Below are positions 24,701 to 39,700 of a stretch of DNA of 64,000 nucleotides, one piece after another. The position numbers and the translations under genes were made by a program. Positions within the stretch are counted from its first letter, which is position 1; every line of letters begins with the position of its first letter. The stretch is from Amphiscolops sp. MND2022 (Eukaryota): assembly GCA_964187785.1 (NCBI GenBank), contig OZ076410.1, positions 22,940,001 to 23,004,000 of the forward strand, written 5' to 3'. Below the pieces are notes generated by a model. That model had not been told where the DNA came from. It saw nothing but the letters and a program-made list of their open reading frames with translations, and did not search any database.

Positions 24701-27700
24701 AGATTGATTGACTGATGGGTCGATAGCTACGTGAAGGGAGCGTTGTATATCACCTTTAGCACGACTAGATAATGAGTCAGAAAGTATCCAAACACAGAGT
24801 TTTTCGCAAAAACAGTCTGTTTTGCAAATTGATTCGTTCACTGAGAACTATTGTATCAAAGATTTGCTCCAATTAGGAGATCAATGGGACCAGGAGTTCC
24901 GAAATTAGGTTCTGCCATTTCATAACCTGTTAATTGATTCTCTGGCAAACATTCTTTAGTTGCTGGTAAGAGACCAGTGATCGTTTTGGTCACAGCTCAA
25001 CTTGTAGGAAGCACCGTTGGAGATTGTCTGCACAGTAATTGCACGTTGATTTCTCCTTTGAGAGGTGGACCTGGGCATTGTCCAACTGCTCGTATTGTCG
25101 TAGTTTGCTAGGGGTGCAACCCAAGTCTCTGGGCACCGTGCTCCGTGATCATGTTAATGGTGGACCCCGACCCTAAGAGGGCCCGCATTGGAACCCATTT
25201 GACCGCATTGCCAAACACAGACACCAACAGTTCCTAAAATGGTTTGGACATTATCATTAGTGAACATTACCTGCGCATGTCCCACTATGTTGGATGTATT
25301 CTCTTTGTGTAAAAGAGAATTGTCACGCCTGTTACACGTTTTGCAGTTCCGCTTGCTGGGACATTTGGCCTTCAAATGACTAGGTTGCAGACTATTCCCG
25401 CATAGCTTCAACTTCAGAATTTCGGCATGTCTTTGCTCTGGAATCATCGCTAAAATTTTGGGACAGCCTTAAATCCGATGTTCGCCCGCATTGCACACTG
25501 GACACGGCTGTTCTTGTTGATGGTAGATCGTATGCTTGCCACATGCGGCGGGTCGTGACGCTGCTGGAATGCTTGGTTTCTCCTTCCGAGGTAGAATTTC
25601 AAAAGCGCTTGCTCGGTGATCAAAGAAAGTAAGCATCTTATCGAGAGTTGGAACATCGTTGCCTTCGAGGCTAAGTTCCCACTGGCGGCTTGATTCATGA
25701 TCAAGCTTGTTTACTACAAGATTGAGTACCAATGGATCCTTCCGACGTTCAAAAAATCCCTTGGCTTCAAGCGCAAACAGATTTTCACTGACTTCGCACT
25801 GCAATTTGCGGAGGTCAGCTGCACTTTCTTGCTTAAGAGCAGGATAGTTCAAAAAAGCTGCTATATGGGCAATCACAATTGATCGTTCATTGTTATAACG
25901 TTCCTGTAGTACCTTGCATGCGACGTCATAATTAGCGTGTGTAATCTGTAATGCTGAAGTGATCCGAGCAGGTTCACCTTTCAAGAAAGATTAAGTAACT
26001 GAGCTTCTCAGCTCTGCTCAAACTCTTGTTCCCGTCCACACATGTTCGAAATAGATCCCAAAAGGAAGTGCAAGACTTGTAACAACCATCAAAGTCAGGT
26101 ATGTTTAGTTTTGGGAGCTTGACATTGTCTCGCTTTGGTGTAACTTGACTAGATAAATTTGTAGTTTGTAAAGGAATTACCGGCTTGGGAGGTTTGGTGA
26201 AACTTTCGATGAGTTTTTCGAGCTTCCACAAATCCTCAGCATGGAGCTCGTCGACTCGTTCTGTTTCTTCCATTTCTTGTTCAATCAGAATCTCGATCAA
26301 CCAAACCTATTATGTCAAATAATCGTTCATTGATTGCGACGATGTCCTGTTTCTGGCGAATTCGTTCGACAATTTGCTGTAGTCGATCGATTGTGGCACT
26401 ATCTGTAGAGCCGGCTTGACTAATAACCTGTGCGTCAGCTAGAAGTCCTGTGACAGTCGATGTGTGACCGCCTCGTCTTCTCTTGAGTTGGCTGAGACGA
26501 ACTTTTTGTTCGGCCGTTGTCAGTGCCTGTTGGCCTTTTGACTCCTCCTCCGACATGTATTGGTCGTTTGAGAGAGCTGCTAAAGAATTTCCGAGAATGA
26601 TTCCCGGGACGCGGCACCAAAAAATGTTGTGAGCCGATTGTAGCAAAAGAGAAATTGAAAGCTTGAATTAAATCCAAACGTTTTCTTTGACTAGCTAATC
26701 AATTGAGTGAATGAGAAGCCACGTGTGAACAATTACGCATTGCAATATGATTGGTTGTTCCTTGAATTCAAGCATGTTAAGCAACGTGGCATAGAGTATT
26801 TAAAAAGTCATTCATGAAGCAATTCAAGTAATATTTAGTATAAAGTTCATTCAGATCACATTAGCGTAAACACCATTTGGGGATTGAAATTATGCTGGGG
26901 CAATTTGGGGGCAAAGTGGCAACCCTGGTAGGTTCAGTACATATGATTCTCATTTCGAAGTTTCACAATTACTTAGCTGAAAATTTACTGTTGTGAAATA
27001 ATTCCTGCCGTAAGGAGGGCAGAAATTCAATGTACTCTATGAAAAAGTGATGATTATCATAATTATTTTTTTGAACATACTGTTCGGTCATATCATTTTC
27101 CCTTGTCCGTACAAAAAAAACATGAAAAACGAACCTCGTCAATGGGCAAATCTTCAGCTTCGGGAGGTGCCTCTTTATTATCGCTTCCTCCTTGGTTTTT
27201 GAATGCCTTCTGGTCCCTCGAGGTGGCTGACCTGGCAAGCTGGGGTTTGGTGGGAAAACAGCCTTGGAGACCTATGTCATCTTCTCCCGCTGACCCGGAT
27301 GAGAGGTCATTTGTTGCGTGACCTATAGTTGGTTGTTGTCTCCTGCTAGGTGAGTCCCGGGCTACAACACATTGAGCTGACATGGGTTGTGATTGGTGGA
27401 AAACAAAAGCATATTCAATGTGGTTGGTTTTGAAAAAAGTAAAAGCTAGAAACAGCTGAGGAAAAAAGGAACCCATTCGGTTTTTTCTCGTCAAAAAAAA
27501 TCTCGAACGGAGAAATGGATGCAAAGAAAGCAGTCAAACAAAAAGCATCTCAAACTCAAAATGAAAAAATTCAATACTTTATCGTACCTAAGATATCAAT
27601 ACGAGATAATGGTTTAGTAGCAAAAAGTGAAGCCCTTAATTGATTGAAGCAGAAAACGCCACTACATAATGCTTCGAAGCTATAATTCACTAATGACATG

Positions 27701-30700
27701 ATGAGCTAAGCATGGTAATATAGCATGGCACAAACAAATATGTTTGGATACCTTCTTTGAATTCATAATCTGAAATAGAGAAATTTCCATCTAGTTATTT
27801 TCAACTTTTGATGATAATCTGTTGTTGTATATACATAGCCTATATACAAACATAACCTTTATTCCTCGAGAAATGAAAACTCGTTTATCAGATTTTGAAT
27901 TTCAGCTATGAATTCTTCATCAATTGTTAATAGAGTTGGAGATATTAAGCCCCAATAATCCATATACGACGATTCAGGCCTACCAACTGCTTGATTCATA
28001 GAACTGTGTGCTGTACCGAAAAATCAATTTCAGCACATCCATATAATTCTACCGAATTTATGAATAGTTCTGGGACCCTTTTATATTTACCAAACAAAAA
28101 ATCAACTCAGAAAAGTCATCATGGTAGAACTGTACCGGAATCTGGTATCTGGTTCCGGTAAATGATCCAACATCCGGTTAAAAGTGGCCGGATATTTTTT
28201 TCAAAAACAGTTCAGAAATGACAATGTTTTCAAAAATGGTTCATCAATCGCGTCGTTGAGTAATTAACAGATATGGTTGTTCCGTTTTGGTTTTTTTGAA
28301 ATCCAACTGATAATATGGCGCTTTATGATCCTCCACAGACATAAAAAAAATCAAAAAATCCAAGTTTTCAAAATTTTGAAAAAAACATATCAAGTGAAAT
28401 GTACATAAAAACGAAACAAGCCGGGAACGGCCCAACTCGGCGCCCCGCCCAAGATTCAAAAAAGTAAAGTTTTTTAAATATACAAAAGGACACTATTGTT
28501 GAAATTTCATCAATTTTACAGTCCCAAAAATACGCGAAGGGATACGCATAAGACTCGAAAACCACTTTTGTATTTCATGTTAGAGGCTTTGGATGCGTTG
28601 AAAAAAACTAGCCACTGTAAGAGTCGTGCATTTTCTTCGAAAACGCCGACTAAAAATTGAAAAAATCTTTTGCAGCAATCCGGTATCAGAGGTTATCCGG
28701 AAAAAAATCTCGAAAATATGCGGCAAATTCTAACCCGGTTACAAACATACATCACTGCAAACCAATGTCACTGGTTAAAAGACCATTTAAAAAAGACCAT
28801 AATTTTAGCAGAAATCATTCAAAAAGCAAAGATTACCAAAATTAAACCAATTATCAACTCCCGCAACATCGAAACCCCTTCGAACTGGAGCTTACAGTTG
28901 AGTAATCCATTAAGTTCACATCGCTGAAAAGTGAAACAAACTTGAACTTGTTTTTCAGAGTGTGGTGTTCTGTATGTTTGGAGTTAGTTAGTTTTCACTA
29001 TCAACTAGCGAAACAAGTTGTTAGTTGAACGCCTGTGCAGTGCTTCTAAAATCAATCGAATAAGCTGGCTAACAGTGAATTAGGTTTTACCAAAAACGCG
29101 CTTATCGCTTGTTGCCTTTGTGACTGGCCCGCTAACGCTTAAGCGGCGCTTTTTGGAACAAAACTTTGGTCCAAAAAAAATTATGTTTTCAAAAGCTGCA
29201 ATTTCTTGAAAACATTTCGAATTTTTGGAAATTTCGATCGGTTTCTCATTTAGAGTTAGGCAATATTTGTTACCAAAATTGCCAGAATTTCTGACCAATC
29301 AGATGAGCACAAGCTTCAATCGTCGCTTCCGCTCTCGGCGCTTATTCGGATATTACGTCGCTTTCGTTTCTTTTGCGCTTTCGCTTACAAGCGACCTAAT
29401 TCACTGCTGGTTAAGTTCTAAAAGGCCACATTATAAACCAAAAGTGTGTGATTTCAACATCCGACTTCGGCAAAAAGTGTTTCCCTTTTTATTGCTTTAT
29501 ATCTAAAGTACTTCAAACCAGGGATGTAAAACTACATTTAAATATTTTTCAAAAAATATATATTTACTTTGTTCCTGGCCGAACACTGAATATTTTAAAT
29601 ATATTGTCCTATATTGTTTGAGGGGGAAAATATATTGTTCGAATAAATAGTTCACTTGTACATTTCTTAGACTGTATTTACATCAATAATAAAATCAAAC
29701 TCTGAAGGTAACACTTCCTGGATGGATTTTTCTACACGTCTAGTAACTAAATCCTAATCTAATACTTTATAATAGTTGGTTGAGAAATTGAGTTGTTTCG
29801 TGTATTTCGCGTATGTTCTATTCATACATTTGTGTTAATACTTGCCAGCCTTAAAATAAAAATCAAAATATATTGACCTAAAACAAATACATCAAAACAA
29901 AAAATGTATTCTATTGTACAAAACCAAAAATGAATATATTTTATTCATTTATTGCCAATAAATTTATTTGAATACAAAATACATTTTACATCTCTGCTTT
30001 GAAACTGAGGATTGAGGATGAGATGGGTTTCGTTCCACCTTAGAGGTGTTTGATACTTCTAGAATCTTTTGGACAGTATATAATCATGACGAGCTTTTTT
30101 ACGAAACCATCGTAAAATACGAACATTACTAGACTTTAACAAAAAAAAAACGAATTTTAAAAAGATCACTATTTCAAACACATGGAAACAAAAAACTTGA
30201 TACATTTTTCGATGAAAATTGCAAGTTGAAAAGAGCATTCTGATTGTGCACAACATTTGACCTTTAATGGAATTTCAGCAGATTACCTCAAAGCTGTAAA
30301 GCGGATCAAGAATAACAATGGTGTTTTTGAGTGGTTTACAAAAAATCTAGATAGTATTCTAAAAGAACGATGTTGACGTCACAATTGATTGCCGACTGAT
30401 CAGAAAAGCTTCTTGTCAAACAATGAAATATGAAGCATCGACGACTATCACTGACCAAAAAACGACTACCCATTAAAAAGTAGTATTCCACCCTTGCATT
30501 CTAATCGACACAGTCTCTCTGGAACTCTTACAGCTGAAAAACGCTGGAAATGCAATCAGCTCAACTGTTTCGTTTTGTATGATTCGTTCCCAAAATCTAA
30601 CCAAAATTGAAGTTGATAAAATTCAAGCTAACGGTTACAACCGAAATTGTCAGACGTTTAATATTTGCAGGAAAAAAGCTCGGCTCGAATGACAAAACTT

Positions 30701-33700
30701 TTGCCCATTCTGAGCCAACACGTCCATGTTATATAAACATGTATAATGAAAAAAGACGGTACAGCAACTGCGGCTCTTGATTGATTCTGCGAGCAATGAA
30801 TTAACCCTGCTTAGGATAGTTTAAGATGTCTAAATTTGATTGGAGGCACGGATAACGTGAGAAATAACGTCTAAAGTGTTTCGGGAATAACATCTAAAAG
30901 TCAATGTATTAAGCTTGGTGGGAATGAGTATACTTTGGCTTTAGACGTTATTCCCGCTCGCCAAATTTGATGGGTGCAACAGCAGTTTTATTTATGCGGG
31001 GTGAACGTGTGGCTTACCGACTGGGGCAGCCGCTTTCGGTCTATCTTGATAAGACTGCTGCTGTAGGGATTTCCAGGGCAGCGAGAAATCCAGGGACGCC
31101 GACCAACAAGAGGACATCGAGGCCTCTTCGAGGAGCAACAAGTCTTCAAAAAATACTTTTTGCTCAATGAATTATCTACAAATTATTATTTTGTGACCGA
31201 GAGAACTGGATATTGTACTGTGGATAAAAATTCATCCTTGAATTTGGAATTCGAGAGCTCTGTATCTATGAAATGTACAAATTAGGCTAATACTTGAGAA
31301 CAGCGTTTATAGGTGGACAAAATTACGCAGCTTTTCATTTCATAGCTGATTCTTCTTCGGAGCATTCCATAATCAGAGGCCATAAGGGCCTCCTTTTGAA
31401 CTGTGCGTCTATTTGGCAAAAAAATGTCTCACTTTTGATTTTTGTTGGTTTTTTCTGGGGGCCGATCTGTGAGTATTTTTCAGCACTATGAGATTTTTGG
31501 CATTTTCATAACCGCTTTTTAACCTTTAGATAGTTTGAACAGAAAGTTCAAACGACACAATTATTACCAAACTATTGATATTTGTTCGCGCATAGCAGCT
31601 GTCTAGAAAATTATACAGAGGTCCAAACAGCGTTCTTCGTTTTGCAAGTAGGAAGGTTTTTGGGGTAGAAAAGTGAGTGGTATGATTGATTGTATGTTGC
31701 AGAAATTCTAACCGGTATCAGATTAAAATTTCTTAAAAAACCTCCGACGTTAAATCTAGACTAAATTAGGATATTGTAATTAGCCAGGTTCAGATACCGA
31801 TAGTGCTTAAGAAAAGGCCGATCTAGAGGAGCGCAAAGCACCCCGGAATAAGGTTGGCCGAGTCATACAATCAATGTTTGGCAGCATTTCATTTAGATTT
31901 TAACGTGGATGATTTTAGCGTTGATTTTGACGTGTAACCGTTCTAACCTGATGTGTCGGAGTGGGGTCTCGCTGTGTTGCGCATAGAGATGTAGCCCGAA
32001 CTCAAGTTTGATGACTGCAGCTCTTCTGAATCTGTCAACACAAAGAACGTTGATAGCAATTTGAAAAGCAGTGCAGTGTTGTTCAAGGAGAACGGTGCTA
32101 AAGACGCAAAGATTTCACACTAATAATGTTCAACTGCAGTCAATCGGCGCAAAAAATTTTTGGTTACAATATAAAAGCCTAAGTAACTAAGTTTATTTAC
32201 AAATTGATAGGAAACAATAAGTCAACTCTTGATTGGAACATGCTTACAAGAGGCGCAGTGTCATTACGATGTTTCCTGTATACCCTTATACTTTCATCGT
32301 CTTATTTCCGGCAATCTTTAATATAATTTGAAAACAAGCCGGGAACGGCAAAGAAATATCAATTACTTTGGATATAAGGTCAAAAATCAGATGGTGTGCT
32401 TTTCGACTTGGGAAGGAAACTAAACATCGAAATTGATTCGAACCTCCGCCCCCTTCTCAGTAAAACGCCATTCACTTCAGACATAACGTCAAAAATTCGG
32501 ATATTGAGCTATTTTGGTCAGCTCGCGAGGATTGGAAAAATTGGTCGTTTTTTTTCATGGAAGCGGTGACTGATAACAACAAAACTCGGATATATCGCAT
32601 TTTATATCGTTATAAACTTTAAATCAATAGAACGGTACTAATATAGTTCAACTTAAGATGCAAAAATCGGAACTTGCTAGGCTCGAACCCCGCTTTTTTC
32701 ATGGAAGATAAATCGGCTTCAAGGTCAATAACTGATATTGCGATTTTTACCGTTATGAACGTTATATTAGAAAAAGAGATCTTTATAGTTCAATTTGAAA
32801 ACATCTCGTCCTGGTAGGACATAAAACAATTCGGTTATAACATCAATAGTTCGAATATAGGGCTTTTTATCGTCACGTCAAAAAACGGTTCTCGAATAGT
32901 TCAGTGTGGGTATATGAAAAAAATCGCTTCTGAGAGGGGACTATCTGGCCTAAACAAAACTAAAACGTTTAAAGTTCGAAAATCTTTCCGGAAAGAGACG
33001 GAAAAATTCACACGGTGGAAATTTTGGGCTTAAAAACTTATTTTTACCTGAAAACGTCAAAAAATTAAAAAGACGTTACGTCAGTTTTTCATGCCTACTA
33101 AAACCTTGAAATTCACCATTCACCATTGCTCTCTCCTAGTACACTTTAGATCTTAGGCTATAAGATTGCATAAAAAGTGGACTAGTCGATGTGAGGATTG
33201 TCACCCAAAGAAAAGAACTTCAGACCCTAATAGACAGACAGGCACATCTGATGCAAAAAAGAAAACGCTTTTCCTTAACTGAGAACATCAAAAAAAATTC
33301 TAAAGGGTGTTTGGTGGGAAAAGCTAAAATTTATATCTTCATTTGAAGCGCATTGTAAAAAAAACAACATCTAAACATTTTCATGCCTCAGTAGGAAACT
33401 TGAGATTAATCGTGACCACTTCATAATTAAACATTCACGTCAAACACTGAATAAAAGTAGCATGAAAACAGAATTCCTGCTCCAGTCGAAATACAATAAA
33501 AAATCCTTAGCTTCCAAATGAAACCTATTCCAAGGAAATTGAGCGAAAAACTCGAGAAAAAAAACTATCTTCGTAGGAATCTGAGAGATCATATACTACT
33601 TCTGCAGTTTTCCGATTGAAGATAAGTACAAAAAGAAAACAACATGGCATAAAACGGGCCCACTTGAAGAACCTACATATCAAAAGCTTTTGTTTAGGCT

Positions 33701-36700
33701 CAATTTGAAAGGAATTGAGCAATAAACTTTTGAATCTTGTTTTTGTTGCCATTTTTGGATCATCATTTCTCGACAATGAAAGCAAAACACGAAAATCAGC
33801 TAATTATTTTAGGCATGGTTATTTTTCAGAAAAACCTCGAAAAAAACGATGTCCTCTAACTAGTAGAAAATGTTCGGTATTCTGAAAGATCGGACGTGAA
33901 AACAGTTTTGAACATTTATCCAAAAATATACCATATACTTAATTCAGCCACGGACGTTCATACATTAAAATAGAATATTTACTACATGCGACTTGGAGTT
34001 TTCACGAATTGATAGTTCAAACGGTTGCTGAAAAATTTCGAGCCTTTTCAGACATTTTCCTTAGCATAAAAGAAGCACAATCTTAATGATTGAACAATTC
34101 GGCGATCAAATAAATATTCAATATTTACATGATTATGCCACTTCACCGGTTATTCATATGTACGTCAGAAGCAATTACTCAAATCAAATTAACGTCCCAA
34201 CACTCGTTCTAACGCCGATGGAAAACAACGGAAGACAATTTCAAATTCACTAGCAACACTGCTTTTTTTTCTTGAAATTATAAAGAAATTCCCTCGAAAC
34301 TCCAACGCATAACCTCTCTAGAATGGACTTTGAATGCGCATCACATGGAAAACATGCAAACCTTCAAACATGTTAAAGACCAACTTTTTCAAGCAGTCGC
34401 CATTTCAAGAGATTTTGCCGAAGTTTTAAATTTCCTGCCTCAAAAGCTACTATCGTGTTACACGAAAGATCATCAAAAAACACATGTTACTCCAAACTTG
34501 GTCTATAATTTGATCAAAATTGACGCGTAACCGAAACCAGTTTTTCAACTAAGAGACAAAAGCTTTCAATAGATGTAACATACAACATGTTCACGTCTTG
34601 GCCGTAGATCGTCTTGCATGGAAGTGTTGAATATTCGAGACCCGTAAAAATTACATTATATCATAACCCCCAAATTTTCTTGTACGTGGATTTTTTCACT
34701 TGAGTAAATCGCTCAAAGATATTCATTACTATAGTAAAATTTCCAGCGAAGTTGACAGCACACTAAAAACTGCATGAATTCATACAAATTAAGATTTCGA
34801 ATCCACTTGAGTTTCTCAGGTTGACTAGGTAAAATTTTTAATTCTCCGTTCTTTCGAAGCCCCTACAAATACTAAATCCCAAACAATATTTTCCACACGA
34901 AAATAGCTCAAAACCTATGAATAAAAAAATGTATTGAATTCCAGTCTTTCGCTTGAGCTTAAAGTATCTATTTTAAATAAACCTTTGCGTTCATAAAACA
35001 GACCGGTCAAAAAATGAACATGTAAATCATTGATTCTTTTGACGCAGATAAAATAATCTGGAAAACATTGGTTTATCTACTCCTCTATTATTCTGCACAT
35101 GGCAAGATTCAAGAATCCTCTTGAAACACATTTCTGAGCAAAACACAAACGGTGGTGGTGAAAAAATTAAAGGCCCGTGCAGCGTTGTTTGCTGAATATA
35201 AATAAATCATGAGAAAAAAATTGATGCATAAACTTAAAGGTAAAGGAAAATTTTCAGGTGAGGCCGCGTTTGTGTTCTAGAGGCAAACATTCATTTTTGG
35301 ACAGCTCATAGTAATTCTTCCATATTTGGAAGGAGACAAAAGAAAGAAGCGCATGTTTGGGAAGCAGTACTAACTGTATGCTTTGGCACGACTTCCGAAA
35401 GTGTTGCGATTCTTTGACGGAGGGATCAGCGGTTTCTGAAATGAAAACAAAGATTCGAAACGTTTGGACTGCAAATAAATATATCGTGGAATAATTTTAA
35501 CAAAATAAACGGCTGGAGTAATGACTGACACTCTCATTTTTCATTGAAGTTATTCAAATTTGAAACCAATTGAACCGGGAACTCTAAAAGGAAAGAAGGT
35601 AAATGACTGAATAAACAACGACAGTCTTCTATGTTAACTCCATACTTGACATTTTTATTCTGTAATTCGATAGATAAATGTTGGCAACAAAAAACTTCCA
35701 AATGCAAATCAACTTTAGGCACAAATATAACTACATCCATTTGGATTAAAAAGCACTTTGTGTGTTTCACGTTCGGCACTTTTTCAGCAAACTTTTGAAT
35801 TTCACAGAAGAGCCCTACCGTTAGTTTTTTGGCACCTTCTGTTTTTGGCACCGTGGGACTGAGAATTTTTCAGAAACAGTTCCTTAACGTTCTAAAGTAC
35901 TTGTGCTCACATTCTATGGATAGATTTTGTATTGGCAGACGTGAATCACAGAAAAATTAAGAATTGTTGCCATGAAGCAATTTTGACACCGCTAATTGTA
36001 CTATCGATTCAAATTTGCGGCAACTAATAGATTGTCCAAATTCAAAATTTCCTCGGAGTATACACGGAATTTCTGAATGAACTTCGGAAAATTGCAACTA
36101 TCACACTTGTAAACCCCATACAGTATGAAAATCTTGCAAAAACTGACAAGTTATCATTTATTTTTCAAATAGGCCGCTTCTAAAAGAAGCATATCTGGAA
36201 TAACTGAACAAACACCCCTGTTTATTCATTATATAGCGCACAATTATTCACTAACAGTTTACACCGACTTTCATTCTTCTCGGACCGAAGAAAATATAAC
36301 TAGACGAAATTTCGCATTCGCAATCAAATGCTGGCGAATAATCACACTCGTTCGCTTCATCTCAATAACTCGGCGTACGAAAGCATAATTACGAACATTC
36401 TCTCGCTTCATCTCAATGAATTCGGCGTACGAATGCATAATTACCACTAGCTCGTTCCATCGCACGAGAAACAAATTGTCGCCGGCAGCTTGAGAAATTT
36501 AAATCTCACGCTTATACTCACTACCGAACGAAATATCTGAAATTTTCAGTAGATACTCGGATCGCGAACAGAAGTCGGCTGAAAAAAAGTTGCATCTCTC
36601 AGATTTCTATATTATTCCTATCGCAGAAATAACATATTTGAAGTCAAACATTTGATAGAAAGTTTTCGAACATAGCGATTTTGGAATTAGCAGTTTAGCG

Positions 36701-39700
36701 AAAAAATTAGCGACGTCAAAACCGTGTAATGAACAAACAAATCTATCATTGCACACTTCATACATACTTTAAAGCCATTGGGCAAATGATCGTGCGAATC
36801 CAAATCCATATGCAAGTGGTGATTGGGGGACGGCTGTTGAGCTAGGGGGTTGGGATCCCAGGGGAGTTTCTTGCCCGCACTACTGAGCACGACGGCCCTT
36901 CTCTCCGTGGCACTGCTAGGCACACTCTCGCTAGCAATCGAGTCGTTGTTGCCGACACCGGAGGACCCAATGCCTGAGTCACCTGGAAACGAAAAAGAAC
37001 GAAGTGTTATGAAACGAAATCACATTTGAATTAATTTTTTGTCACAGCAATTGAAATGCTTAATCGAATTTCTATCAGACCAAAACTGAGACATCGCGAA
37101 TACAAATTTCATCCTTTAAGTCATTAGAAATTTCACCAGTTTCTACCTAACGAAATTTTTCTACCAACATTTAAGAGAACACTGAAAGAAAGTCAACAAA
37201 TTATCCATTTTCCAAAAAACAAATTCGCTTCACACTGAGCATCATATATATTGATAAATATTAACGAGTTCCATTGGACGTTGGAAATTAGAAAAGCCGC
37301 GTTGAAGATCCAAACAATGGTCGACATTTCAAGAATATCAAGTGGAAATGACCACCAGGTTTCATTAGAAAAATCAGCAGACATTCAATGATGCTCCAAT
37401 AAAACACAAGTTATCACAAGTACCTGTCAAAATGTCTTAGACTCGATTTGTTTTCGATCGAAGTTGAATTGTTTTTAGGACAGACGTCATTCACCATCAT
37501 TCGCCGGTAGAATATGCGAGGAGAGACCTTCAAGTAATGGTGCAAGTGATTTTCTAATTTTCAACGTGAAAAGGCACTTTTTGTGATAGGCCATTCAAGA
37601 TTTAAAATGTAGTTATGAAACAAGACACCCAGTCAATGCCGGGGAAATTTCCCCAAGCTGCAGAGTACGAAAATTGATGTGCAAGCTTATCATGTGCTGA
37701 CTAAAAAAATGGTCTCGTCAAATTTTTTGACCTGCAAGCACTTTTCCTGTCAAAAATACAGCAAAGATAACGGGATAGCAATATGAACAAGATGAAAACT
37801 AGTGAGAATGATTCTTTCTCCCTATTCCACCAGAACTATGGGTAGGATGGTAAATGAAACGATAAATCGTGGGAGCTCTAATATACTTGATTAGGCTACC
37901 AGAATGTTTATACCTGGTAAGTTTCCTCCCCTGGAAGAGCCAGAGGCTTTCAAGATCCAGTCAACATCTGCACCCAGATTAGAAGCAGTAGATCCCGCAC
38001 TGGCAGGAAGGGAGGGAGATCCCCCGTTGGAAGAGGAACTTCTGCTCTTGCCTGCCGCAGAGGAGACCGCAGATCCTGCAACTGAAGTCGCGTAATCCAC
38101 CATCCCGTTTTCTTTGATCATCGGCAGTTGGCGTCTGAAACGTTGTTACTGAGTAATAAAAAACAGTCTATTTTTCGGAAAACCAACACTGTATTACTTC
38201 TGTTTTTATAATTATCAAATGACTGAATTCCGAGTATAAGAACGAAAGGGACCGAAAGTAGCGCAAAGAACTTCTGAACATTATTGAATGTTTATAGTTT
38301 AGGGGCATTTTGTGTATCTTCCATTCAGAATCTTTCATCACACGTCTTCATTGGTACTATACGCTATCTGATTTAACAAACCTTCATACGAAAGCGAAAC
38401 CTTCATACCTTCACACAGAATTAAATGAACATATGCTTAAAAATCTTCAAACGGTCACGTCGATGCATAACTGGTCTTGAGTTTTTAACATCTTTCTTTA
38501 AAAAATTTGAGCTAGGTGACTCTGGCGAAAACATGTTTTTTGAATGTAATCTCTTTCAACATTCCTGCCAGAAAAGCCAAAGTTCTATCTACTTTTAGTT
38601 TAGACGTTGAGTAGCCAAAAACTGGGAACAAACCTTGCAACCCGAGCCTTGATAGCATTCATGGGCCCGTCCCCAAACTCGGGTTCCAACATCTCAATGG
38701 CTCTTATCAAGGGTTTCAGGTTATTCACACCCATCAATTGCGCCAAAACGGCAAAAACTTCCAAAGCTGCTTGTCTCACCCTTCGCTTGGGGTCCGCTAA
38801 ACATGGCGATATGGTATCACACAAGGTCGTGAAGTCAAAGTCTGTTGTCGGAAACGTCAGCAGAGCAGAGATGATAACATTTATCGTTTCTTCTCTCACC
38901 CGAGAGTTTCTGTGCTTCAGACAGGGCAAAATTTGTTCTAAAACTGGCATAGGGGTGGCTGTGTACATGAGTTCTCGAAATGCCCGTGAGTTCAATTGAC
39001 GAATGACTATTTTGGAGTCACCCAGTCTATGAGATAAAGCAGCGGCTAGAGGTTCTACATACTGACAGGACAAAGCCCCAAGTTTTTTGATGAGCACAAC
39101 GAATATTTCCAACGTTGACATGGTAATTTTAAAGTTAACTTCGTCTGTCAAAAATCTGCAGAGAAATTTGATAAAATCGACAAGATCCGGCTTAAGATTT
39201 GAGACATCGTTCAATTGTGTGACGTCAGTTTTGAGATCTTCGATTCCATGGAGACGTAACTGCCAGTCTTCCCTGTGAAAAACAGTGAAAAATCAAAATA
39301 CCTAATTTTACTCGGCGCTTCTAAGTTAAGACTAAAATCGTTGATATTCACGAGGCACGAACGCGATGAAAACGGATGGCACGGCCAAAACGACAGTTGG
39401 CACCGTTATTCCAGTTGTCCTAGTGGTTATGGCGTTGGCTTTCGAAACGACTGGATTCGATTTCCACTAGGGTCCAATTTCTGCGCCCGTTTCGAAATGT
39501 CTTGTTGGCGCTATTAAAAGTTCGCCTTCGAAAAGTTCGCACGTCAAAAAGTTCGCATCCTTAAAAGTTCGCTTTCAAAAAGTTCGCCTTTCCTTTACAT
39601 GTTAAAGAGGCTCTATTAAAAGGAACATTCAGGAAACATAATAGAACATTGGATTTTTTTTGAAAAATTTTAAACACAGATAACTAAAGTTATCAAAAAT

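Larger units (their letters stand above)
20658..26872 (-). mobile_element. BEL/Pao LTR retrotransposon, decayed, with internal integrase deletion
   Basis: LTRs TG...CA at 20658-20903 and 26625-26872 (about 16 mismatches plus a 2-bp indel by eye); 5-bp TSD CCATA/CCATT; PBS TGGTGCCGCGTCCCGGGA at 26602-26619; DUF1759-type gag (LPKLNIPDFDG), Cys knuckles, RT (ADVEKMY, VDDLLTG), RNase H (LHVFCDAS), integrase tail (PRAPHLGVLWE, EYLNNLQHRSKW). Confidence 0.95.
18950..26927 (-). mobile_element. Decayed hAT DNA transposon, host to the nested BEL/Pao insertion
   Basis: TIRs CAGGGTAGCCAC and GTGGCAACCCTG; 8-bp TSD CTAGGTTC (18942-18949) and GTAGGTTC (26928-26935); hAT dimerisation-like peptide LIFPQNMNVEFGFSTVK...RTNLGCET in ORF 19414-19620. 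Confidence 0.82.

Noticed and set aside
29989-30058. Extra TOGARAM1 linker exon (EVSNTSKVERNPSHPQSSVSKQR), and a similar candidate near 30490-30535
   Set aside because: Weak donors, no homology support, and not needed for frame continuity.
39410-39480. tRNA gene (TAGTGGTTA A-box, GGATTCGATTTCC B-box)
   Set aside because: The 3' anticodon stem is missing and the acceptor stem does not pair; at most a tRNA-derived relic.
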